Source: Candidatus Heimdallarchaeota archaeon
GTDB lineage: Archaea > Asgardarchaeota > Heimdallarchaeia > Heimdallarchaeales > Heimdallarchaeaceae
Direction: 5' to 3'
NCBI GenBank assembly: GCA_016839945.1
Contig: JAEOTE010000126.1
Coordinates: forward strand, 1-13,659
Length of the DNA stretch: 13,659 bases
The translations under genes and the position numbers were made by a program. The notes beneath the pieces were generated by a model. The model searched no databases and was not told the origin of the DNA. It saw only the letters and a list, made by a program, of their open reading frames with translations. This document shows, piece by piece, positions 1 through 7,201 of this stretch (positions are counted from its first letter, which is position 1; every line of letters starts with the position of its first letter).

Positions 1-1
1 A

Positions 2-247
2 ATGACTGATGACTCCTATTTCATATCAACAAAAAGCAGTTTAGATGAAGTTAAGAATCATTTAGAGAACCAAGATTTTATTACTAATGTGAAAATAAAA
101 GGAGACACCATTCTTTTCCATACTAAAGAGTTAGAACAGCTAAACACGGTAATTGCAAAGATGATGGAAGATTTTGAGATATCATCTTTTGGTCCAAATA
201 TACCTGATTTAGATCAGATTTTTACAAGGTTGGTGAATGAATCATGA
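2..247 (+). CDS. C-terminal part of an ABC transporter ATP-binding protein (probably 5'-truncated by the window edge)
   Basis: Frame is open from the window start. It ends in PDLDQIFTRLV, resembling the psLEdiF tail of ABC-2/DrrA-type ATPases. Its stop overlaps the permease start (ATGA, 244-247). Walker motifs are not in the window. Confidence 0.7.
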   Translation: MTDDSYFISTKSSLDEVKNHLENQDFITNVKIKGDTILFHTKELEQLNTVIAKMMEDFEISSFGPNIPDLDQIFTRLVNES

Positions 248-1020
248 GAAGTTTTCCATCTATTCCTACAAAAGCACTTATTCTGAAAGAATGGAAATAC
301 ATCAAGGGTAAGATAATCCCCCTTTCAATTGGATTAGCTTTATTTGGGTTTTTGACTGTTGGTATGCTCAAGGTACTCCCCAATCTAGCAGAATATCTAG
401 AAGGTTTAATACCAGAAGTAACACCAGAAATGTCAATTGAAAGTTTTGTGAATAGTGCAATTAGTGTGATTTCTATCATAGCGGTTATTCTATGCGCAGA
501 CGCTGTAGCTGGAGAAAGAGAACATAATACACTAGTTCTTATCCAAACCAAACCAATAAGTCCTTTCTCTGTTATTATAACAAAACTCATTGCAAGATAT
601 TTATTAGTTTTATTTGGAACAATTGTCTCAGCAATTGTTCTCTACTTTAGCACTTGGGGATTGATTGGTTATCCCGATATCATTTCATTTATTCTAGCTA
701 TGTTTGTTTATGCGCTTACTTTATTCGCATTCACGAGTATTGGAATATTCATATCAACTATTGCAAAAAGTCAGATCTCAGCAGGAGCAATTTCTGCAGG
801 GATTGTTTTCTTAATCACAATTATTTCTTCCCTTCTAATGTTTGAAGAGTTTCAACCCTACAACATCTTTATGTTATCTGTCAATTTAATCTCAATTGAT
901 TTTCAAGCTTCAACAATCGCAATAGGATGTTTTGTACTTTTTCTAGTTGGGGTTGTATTTTCTGCATTATCCATTCTACGATATTATAGTGAAAAAGAAC
1001 CAACAAGAAAGAAGGTTTAG
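244..1020 (+). CDS. ABC-2 type transporter permease
   Basis: 258 aa with about 6 hydrophobic segments and the motif DAVAGEREHNTLVLIQTKPIS...IITK typical of ABC-2 permeases. GGTGA at 232-236; ATGA coupling to the upstream gene. Confidence 0.9.
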   Translation: MRSFPSIPTKALILKEWKYIKGKIIPLSIGLALFGFLTVGMLKVLPNLAEYLEGLIPEVTPEMSIESFVNSAISVISIIAVILCADAVAGEREHNTLVLIQTKPISPFSVIITKLIARYLLVLFGTIVSAIVLYFSTWGLIGYPDIISFILAMFVYALTLFAFTSIGIFISTIAKSQISAGAISAGIVFLITIISSLLMFEEFQPYNIFMLSVNLISIDFQASTIAIGCFVLFLVGVVFSALSILRYYSEKEPTRKKV

Positions 1021-1098
1021 AAAAGGAGTTTTTCTTGAAAGAGGATAAAATTAAAATAAAGCACTGTATTAGTTGATGTGAGATTAAAAGGTGATTGA

Positions 1099-2076
1099 AT
1101 GTTATTATTAAGTCCCAAAGATGAAGTAGAGGAAAGCTCTGAAACAAATGAATTCGACCTTGGAATAGTAGGTCATGGTCCAGCGGGTTTAACTGCAGCA
1201 ATGTATGCTTCTCGAGCCGCAATTTCAGTAGCATGTATTGGAAAAGATTATGGAGGGCAGATGGGATTAGCCTTAGAAATTGAGAATTATCCAGGTTTTG
1301 AGAACATCTCAGGTATCGATTTAACAGATAAAATGAGAGCACAAGCTGAGAAATTTGGAACAAAAATCGTTTACGGGGAAATTTCTACAATTGATAAAAC
1401 TGATGATAATAAATTTCTTATCAAAAGTGATATGGGCAACTATCTTGTTAAGGCTTTAATCTTAGCTACTGGGGGAAGACATAAGGAATTAGATGTTCCA
1501 GGAGAAAAGGAGTTTATTGGACGAGGTGTGTCCTATTGTGCAACTTGCGATGCAGCATTTTTCAAAGAGAAAACTGTAGTTGTTTCCGGATCTGGAGATG
1601 CTGCGGCAACTGGAACTTTAGCTTTAAGTGATGTTGGAGCTAAGAAGATTTACTGGGTTTCTAGATCTGATTATCTTAAGTGTGAACGTATATATGTTGA
1701 TAGAGTAGAGCAAAGAGACAATATTGAGATTCTATATAATAAACAGATTACAGAAATTAAAGGAACAAATACAGTTGAAGAGATTTTGTTTAGTGATGGA
1801 ACATCTCTCAAAGCTGATGGCATTTTTGCTGAAATTGGTTCTCTCCCAAATACTGAACTAGCAATTGAACTTGGAGTAGAGCTGGAAAATGATTTAGTGA
1901 AAATTGATGATGACTGTAAAACTAACATCCAAGGTGTTTTTGCTGCAGGTGATGTTACTTCAAAAATTAAAAATCCTCTTAGTCGTCAAGTGACAACTTC
2001 AGTAGGTTTAGCAACTATAGCAGCAATTAGTGCAGCAGAGTACTTACAAGCAAGAAAAACAATAAAGAAAGATTAG
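1099..2076 (+). CDS. trxB: Thioredoxin-disulfide reductase (low-Mr TrxR family)
   Basis: GHGPAGLTAAMY FAD motif, GGQ...IENYPGF, GRGVSYCATCD redox motif, C-terminal TNIQGVFAAGDVT. RBS GGTGAT at 1090-1095. Confidence 0.92.
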   Translation: MLLLSPKDEVEESSETNEFDLGIVGHGPAGLTAAMYASRAAISVACIGKDYGGQMGLALEIENYPGFENISGIDLTDKMRAQAEKFGTKIVYGEISTIDKTDDNKFLIKSDMGNYLVKALILATGGRHKELDVPGEKEFIGRGVSYCATCDAAFFKEKTVVVSGSGDAAATGTLALSDVGAKKIYWVSRSDYLKCERIYVDRVEQRDNIEILYNKQITEIKGTNTVEEILFSDGTSLKADGIFAEIGSLPNTELAIELGVELENDLVKIDDDCKTNIQGVFAAGDVTSKIKNPLSRQVTTSVGLATIAAISAAEYLQARKTIKKD

Positions 2077-2138
2077 GTTTCTTTCTTATTAATTTTAAAA
2101 ATTATTCGATTTCTTCTGTTTTAATTTCCTTTATATTA

Positions 2139-2182
2139 TTTTTTCTGCTAAAAAAAGGATAGATAGACTATCAATGTCTATC
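2139..2182. terminator. Probable termination region between convergent trxB and ABC permease
   Basis: T-tract on + at about 2139-2144. On the - strand, hairpin GATAGAC-N7-GTCTATC (2162-2182) lies just after the permease stop and is followed by a T-run (A-run at about 2150-2156 on +). Confidence 0.5.
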
Positions 2183-2185
2183 ACT

Positions 2186-3361
2186 TTAGTCTCTCATTCT
2201 ACTTCTTACTGTTAATACTGCTAACACAAAGAATAGTAAACACATACCTGCTACCACTGTGAAATCTAACCACAATTCTTTGAATCCCCAACCTTTCAGC
2301 ATGATTCCTTCAAAGAGATTAATGCCATAGGTTAACGGCACAACATAGGAAACAGGTTGTAGCCATGCAGGAAGGCTTACTATAGGCACCAACATTCCGC
2401 CTAATGCCATGCTTGGGAGAGCTGTTAAAGGAGCGAATTGTATAGCTTGTAATTCATTCTGTGCGAAGTTAGACAGAAAAACAGCCATAAAAACATGAGC
2501 TATTCCAAATAGTAAAGCAGCAAAGATTAGAAGAAAGACATTACCTTGAACTTTTGCTCCAAATACAAACACTCCAAAGATAAGTACGAGTGCTATCATT
2601 AAAAATGCAATAAGTAATATTCCAATTACATATCCTAGTAATCTTTCAGAAGATCTTAATGGAGTAGAATATAGTCTATCTTGAGTTCCTTGTATTTTCT
2701 CTCTTACAATAGTTATTAAACCTACTATCAAAAGCAAAAATATAATGACAAATGCTATCACAGAAGGAATACCTACATCTAAACCTGTAAATTCTGCTCT
2801 ATCATGAGCAAGTATTTGCACAACTTTAATTCCTTTCTCTCCTAATGCAGAGTCTAGAGCGTCATGTATAGCACCTAAGATACTAGCTCTAATAGTTGGT
2901 TTTGTAGCATCAATATAGACAAACATTTTTACTGTTTCGTTATCACCTGTTAACATTTTAACAACTTGTTCGGAAAAATTAGCAGGTATGTATACTGCCG
3001 CATAATAATCGCCTTTCTCAACTGCATCTATACCATTAAAGTAATCTCCAAAACTTACATCAACACTTGTATCATTTAATAAAGTATCAGTAATATTAGG
3101 TCCTAAATGTAAAGCTATTGGTGGAAAAGGATGAGTATAAAGATTATCTTGATTATCAACTAAAATGGGGACATTTTTAACTTCACCAGTAAAGGCTAAA
3201 CCAAATATAAGCATAACTACAATTGGAACAACTGATAAAAGAGCAATTGTTCTACGGTCTCTTCTTAATTGATTTATTGTTTTGAAAGCTATAGCAAGTG
3301 TCCTTTTCATTGAGAAATTGAGATTTTTAGATTTAAATTCATCTTTCTTTTTCTTAATCAT
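2186..3361 (-). CDS. ABC-2 type exporter permease with large extracytoplasmic loop (YbhR/YbhS-like)
   Basis: QLRRDRRT, then one TM, a soluble loop (YYAAVYIPANFS), IVREKIQGTQDRLYSTPL and five more TMs ending PLTYG. Start placed at ATG 3361, overlapping the ATPase 3' end, with GGTGA at 3370-3374. The ORF track's GTG at 3379 is less likely. Confidence 0.9.
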   Translation of the reverse strand: MIKKKKDEFKSKNLNFSMKRTLAIAFKTINQLRRDRRTIALLSVVPIVVMLIFGLAFTGEVKNVPILVDNQDNLYTHPFPPIALHLGPNITDTLLNDTSVDVSFGDYFNGIDAVEKGDYYAAVYIPANFSEQVVKMLTGDNETVKMFVYIDATKPTIRASILGAIHDALDSALGEKGIKVVQILAHDRAEFTGLDVGIPSVIAFVIIFLLLIVGLITIVREKIQGTQDRLYSTPLRSSERLLGYVIGILLIAFLMIALVLIFGVFVFGAKVQGNVFLLIFAALLFGIAHVFMAVFLSNFAQNELQAIQFAPLTALPSMALGGMLVPIVSLPAWLQPVSYVVPLTYGINLFEGIMLKGWGFKELWLDFTVVAGMCLLFFVLAVLTVRSRMRD

Positions 3362-4109
3362 CGATAATCTCACCTTCACTTAATTTAATGAAAATCTCTT
3401 CAATCGTAGAAGCATCGTGTTTTCTTTTAAGTTCTTCAGGAGAACCTTCTGCAATTAACTTTCCAGCTCTCATCAATCCTATTCTATCTGCTCGTTCAGC
3501 TTCATCCATAACATGACTAGTTATAACGAGTGTAACCCCTTCATTCTTTAATGATCTGAAATATTCCCAGAAAAAGGTTCTAAGAATAGGATCTACACCA
3601 ACAGTAGCTTCATCAAAAAAAACAATTTTTGGAGAATGAATCAACGAACAAGCAATACTTGTCCTTCTTTTCATCCCACCAGAAAGATTCTTTACTTGTG
3701 TTTTTCTCTTCTCTTCTAGTCGTAAAATCTTAAGAAGTTCTACAAATCGAGGTTCAAATTCAGTTTTTGACATACCATAAATAAGAGAAAAGAATCGCAC
3801 ATTTTCTTCCAAACTCATATCTTCATAAATCGAATAATCTTGCGGTGCGACACCTATATAGTTTGTAATAAGTCGTCTGCTTTTCGGAACTTCATAACCG
3901 AAAACTTTGATTTCACCTGAAGTAGGAAATAATGCTCCACTAATCATGTTAAGAGAAGTAGTTTTTCCACTACCATTAGCACCTATTAAAGCATATATTT
4001 CTCCCTTTTTAATACGAAGATTCAGTCCATCAACAGCTTTGACTTTACCAGTTTTGTATATTTTTACCAAATCTTTTGTTTCAATCACATATTCGGTTTC
4101 AACAGCCAT
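3354..4109 (-). CDS. ABC transporter ATP-binding protein (multidrug/ABC-2 exporter type)
   Basis: Walker A GANGSGKTT, signature LSGGM, Walker B VFFDEATVGVD, H-loop TSH. RBS GGTGAT at 4113-4118. Confidence 0.95.
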   Translation of the reverse strand: MAVETEYVIETKDLVKIYKTGKVKAVDGLNLRIKKGEIYALIGANGSGKTTSLNMISGALFPTSGEIKVFGYEVPKSRRLITNYIGVAPQDYSIYEDMSLEENVRFFSLIYGMSKTEFEPRFVELLKILRLEEKRKTQVKNLSGGMKRRTSIACSLIHSPKIVFFDEATVGVDPILRTFFWEYFRSLKNEGVTLVITSHVMDEAERADRIGLMRAGKLIAEGSPEELKRKHDASTIEEIFIKLSEGEIIDD

Positions 4110-4168
4110 ATTATCACCAAATGTTCTTTTTAAACCAATATAACATAACTACTACTAGTGCTATAGTA

Positions 4169-4182
4169 TTATTAAATGTTTC
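4169..4182 (-). promoter_or_regulatory. Putative archaeal BRE/TATA promoter of the ABC operon
   Basis: Minus strand reads GAAACA-TTTAATAA about 60 nt upstream of the ATPase ATG. The AT-rich background limits certainty. Confidence 0.4.
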
Positions 4183-4236
4183 AAGTAGTTGATATAATAA
4201 TTAAAAAGATTATTTATGATTTATTGTGCTAAATCT

Positions 4237-4250
4237 AAAAAATAGAAAAA
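4237..4250 (-). terminator. Oligo-T terminator after trpB2
   Basis: Minus strand reads TAATAA, then a pyrimidine tract CTCTCCTTCC-TTTTT-CTA-TTTTTT. Confidence 0.55.
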
Positions 4251-4267
4251 GGAAGGAGAGCTTGTTA

Positions 4268-5584
4268 TTATGATCTTTCTGGTTGTGGTTTCAATCCTAG
4301 AACTTCACCATACCCATCCAAATCTAGAAAACCATGTCCACTTATATTGAAGAGAATAGTCTTTTTCTCATTATTCTCTTTACATTTGATTGCTTCATCC
4401 ATTGCACATGCAACACTATAAGCTGATTCAGGTGCTGGTAGGAATCCTTCTGCTTGAACAAATTCTCTTGTTTTTTCGAAGACGTATTTTTCATCTGCTG
4501 GATATGCAACTGCATCTAAATGTCCAGTATTTCTTAGAAGACTCAGAATTGGAGAACTTCCATGATATCTTAGACCATCCCCATAGATTGGTACCATTGT
4601 TACTTGATGACCTAGAGTATACATTTTCAGCATTGGTGTCATTTCAGCATGATCAGCAAAATCGTCTTTGTACTCTCCTTGCAAATTAGGTGCAGCTTCA
4701 CTCTGAGCTGCAATAAACTGTATTTCTTTGTTTTTTGTCAAAGCTTCACCCATCCAAGGGAGAGCAATACCTCCAAAGTTACTTCCACCACCTAGGCAGG
4801 AAATAACTGTGTCTGGATATTCACCAGCAATTTCCATTTGTTTCATAGTTTCCAAACCGATTATAGATTGATGTAGAAGTACATGATTCAAAACTGAACC
4901 TAAACAATAAACTGCTTTTGGATCATTTTTTGCATCCTCCAATCCTTCAGAAATTGCAATTCCTAACGAACCATTGTGGTTTGAATCCTCTGCGTATAAT
5001 GTCTTTCCAAACTCAGTTTGAGTGCTTGGAGAAGCAAATACATCAGCACCAAACATTTGCATGAATTTCAATCTTTGAGGTTTCCACCTATAAACTGCTC
5101 TAACCCAGAAAACTGTGCAATCCAATCCTACTAGACTTGAAGCATATGCAAGAGCATTTCCCCATTGCCCAGCACCTGTTTCAGTTGTAAGTCTTTCAAA
5201 TCCTTGCTCTTTAGCATAGTAAGCTTGTGCAAGTGCTGTATTAACTTTATGACTTCCTGTTGGACTGTAAAATTCTGATTTGTAAAACAGTTTTGCAGGT
5301 GTCCCTAATTTCTCTTCAAGTTTCTTAGCTCTATACAGTGGTCTAGGTCTGCCAGCAGCTAAGAATAAATCTCTTATTCCTTCAGGGATTGGTATCCATC
5401 TTTCAGTAGACATTTCCTGCTTAAGACATTCACCAATTAATAGATTGGGAAGATCACCAACTCTGGAATATCCTTCAGGAGGATCCATAGGAGGTGGAAG
5501 TGGTTCTGGTAAATCAGGAAGGATATTATACCATTTATCAGGTAATTCATCTGCTTTTAGAATAATAGCTCTATCGTCTGTCAT
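4268..5584 (-). CDS. trpB2: Tryptophan synthase beta chain, TrpB2 type (PLP enzyme)
   Basis: N-terminal LPDKWYNILPDLP, GSHKVNTA (PLP Lys), TTETGAGQWG, GSLGIAISE, GSVLNHVLLHQ, GGGSN, GLRYHG, PAPES and SGHG, all TrpB2-type motifs. Confidence 0.93.
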   Translation of the reverse strand: MTDDRAIILKADELPDKWYNILPDLPEPLPPPMDPPEGYSRVGDLPNLLIGECLKQEMSTERWIPIPEGIRDLFLAAGRPRPLYRAKKLEEKLGTPAKLFYKSEFYSPTGSHKVNTALAQAYYAKEQGFERLTTETGAGQWGNALAYASSLVGLDCTVFWVRAVYRWKPQRLKFMQMFGADVFASPSTQTEFGKTLYAEDSNHNGSLGIAISEGLEDAKNDPKAVYCLGSVLNHVLLHQSIIGLETMKQMEIAGEYPDTVISCLGGGSNFGGIALPWMGEALTKNKEIQFIAAQSEAAPNLQGEYKDDFADHAEMTPMLKMYTLGHQVTMVPIYGDGLRYHGSSPILSLLRNTGHLDAVAYPADEKYVFEKTREFVQAEGFLPAPESAYSVACAMDEAIKCKENNEKKTILFNISGHGFLDLDGYGEVLGLKPQPERS

Positions 5585-5627
5585 TTTCTAAACCTTGTTT
5601 TTAACTATGAGTTCTAACAACTGATAA

Positions 5628-5640
5628 TTATAAATTTTCC
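5628..5640 (-). promoter_or_regulatory. BRE + TATA box of trpB2
   Basis: Minus strand reads GGAAAA-TTTATAA, a close match to the archaeal BRE/TATA consensus, 43 nt upstream of the ATG. Confidence 0.65.
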
Positions 5641-5777
5641 GCAGGAATTTAACGTTTTTTTCTAAGTAAAGCAAAAACTGCCTAATTTATTAATAATCTA
5701 TATTTTAAGTGATATCCTTTAGTAGCACTTCTAGGTCAAATAAACAGATTTATCAGTTGTATTTCTTTGAGAAATTT

Positions 5778-6251
5778 ATGAAGGATTTAGTTCGAGAAGT
5801 AAGAAAAATAATGAAGAATAATATGTGGTTAGTTCTCTCTACAGCAAATGAGAAAGGTAATCCACAAAGCTCAGTAATTGTTTATGAAAGTGATGGAAAT
5901 AGTTTCTACTTTGTAACAGGAAAAAACACATTAAAAGCTAAGAATATGAGAAAAAACAACAATGTTTCTGTTACAATTCCATTTCGGATTAATCTTCTGC
6001 ACAAACTTATACCAGCACCTCCTGCTGAATTGCATTTTAAAGCGAAGGCACAGTTTCTTGAGAGAGAAAGTGAAGAAGTTCAAACAATGTTAGCTAGGAT
6101 TCTGAAATATGAAGAGAAATCTGGAGTTAAAACTGAGACAGTCTATGTAAAACTCACTCCTGGAAAGAAAATCGCAACCCATGGAGTAGGAATCAAGCTT
6201 TGGCAATTAAGATTTCCTGAGAAAGCTAGAAATGTAGTGTCATTTGACTAA
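5778..6251 (+). CDS. Pyridoxamine 5'-phosphate oxidase-like (split beta-barrel) flavin-binding protein
   Basis: LVLSTANEKGNPQSSVI...FYFVTGKNTLKAKNMRKNNNVSVTI matches the PNPOx-like fold pattern. ATG 5778 is preferred over GTG 5709 because it gives the usual domain start. Confidence 0.85.
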   Translation: MKDLVREVRKIMKNNMWLVLSTANEKGNPQSSVIVYESDGNSFYFVTGKNTLKAKNMRKNNNVSVTIPFRINLLHKLIPAPPAELHFKAKAQFLERESEEVQTMLARILKYEEKSGVKTETVYVKLTPGKKIATHGVGIKLWQLRFPEKARNVVSFD

Positions 6252-6296
6252 ATCTGAACAGAGATTCCTTTGTCAAAGACTCTATTTTCTGTAGGT

Positions 6297-7160
6297 CTAG
6301 TAGGAGAAAATCTTCCGGACATCATATTCATTAATTAGATCTTTCATTTCTTTATCAGATGGTGGTGTCTCGAAACGTTTAGCTGCATCCAACATTTTGG
6401 GAAGAATCTGCATATCGCCTGCAGTGATGACAAAACTATCTGGAAGACCCAGTGACCAATGTACAGCTTTATCTATCGCATCTTGGTTTTCTAAAGGTTC
6501 ATAGAAATAAGTATTGTATCTTCTTGCTTGATTCTCCCACGGTCGTCGAGTAACTGATTTGATTGTTTGCACTGCAACATTACGCTTTTTACACAACTCA
6601 ATCAGATCATTGAAATCAGCTGCATAGCGGGGATTCTGCATCATTGTGTAATTATAAGGGAGTAAAACTGAATCAAAATCAAATCGATCCAAACTTCGTT
6701 TGTGCATTGCTGCAACCTTGCTTCCGTGACCAGTTACGCCTAGATACTTAACTAGACCTTTGTCGTGTGCTTCAATAAATGCAGCTAAAGTTCCCTCAGA
6801 ACTCATCGCTTTTTCCCAGCCTGCAGGATTTGTCAAACCATGCATCTGCCAGAGATCAATATAGTCAACTCTCAATTGTTTCAAGGAACGCTGAAGATCT
6901 TCCATAGCACCTTTATATGAACGACTTCGAGTCTTGGTTGCGAGGAAAAAATCATCGCGATGTTTCTCCATCCATTTTCCGATACATTTTTCTGAATTTC
7001 CATATCCTAGTGCCGTATCAATATGATTTATACCATTCTCTAGGAGTATATCGAGTATATGATCAGCTTCCTCTTGTATAGCTTTACTTAATGCGTATCC
7101 ACCAAAAATAATTTTAGAACTAGTATGTCCAGTACGACCAAATTCTTTTTTGGGTATCAT
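6297..7160 (-). CDS. Aldo/keto reductase
   Basis: FGRTG, IDTALGYG (catalytic D and Y), LATK (K), SLKQLRVDYIDLWQMH (H), GLVKYLGVTGH. RBS AAGGAG. Confidence 0.93.
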   Translation of the reverse strand: MIPKKEFGRTGHTSSKIIFGGYALSKAIQEEADHILDILLENGINHIDTALGYGNSEKCIGKWMEKHRDDFFLATKTRSRSYKGAMEDLQRSLKQLRVDYIDLWQMHGLTNPAGWEKAMSSEGTLAAFIEAHDKGLVKYLGVTGHGSKVAAMHKRSLDRFDFDSVLLPYNYTMMQNPRYAADFNDLIELCKKRNVAVQTIKSVTRRPWENQARRYNTYFYEPLENQDAIDKAVHWSLGLPDSFVITAGDMQILPKMLDAAKRFETPPSDKEMKDLINEYDVRKIFSY

Positions 7161-7180
7161 TGTTAATATCTCCTTGATGA

Positions 7181-7201
7181 CTATTAGCTATTAGCTATTA
7201 G
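7181..7201. repeat. Tandem heptamer (CTATTAG)x3 spanning the GMC stop codon
   Basis: Read directly as CTATTAG CTATTAG CTATTAG, followed by a partial copy (ATATT). Confidence 0.9.

Noticed and set aside
222-1928. ORFs 222-590(-), 654-845(+), 881-1363(-) and 1671-1928(-)
   Set aside because: Antisense or off-frame shadows of the permease and trxB, with no recognisable motifs.
5687-5696. Palindrome TTATTAATAA
   Set aside because: It is all A/T and expected by chance in this spacer.
5709-5777. 23-aa N-terminal extension of the PNPOx-like ORF from GTG 5709
   Set aside because: The extension does not look like part of the domain, and ATG 5778 gives the typical start.
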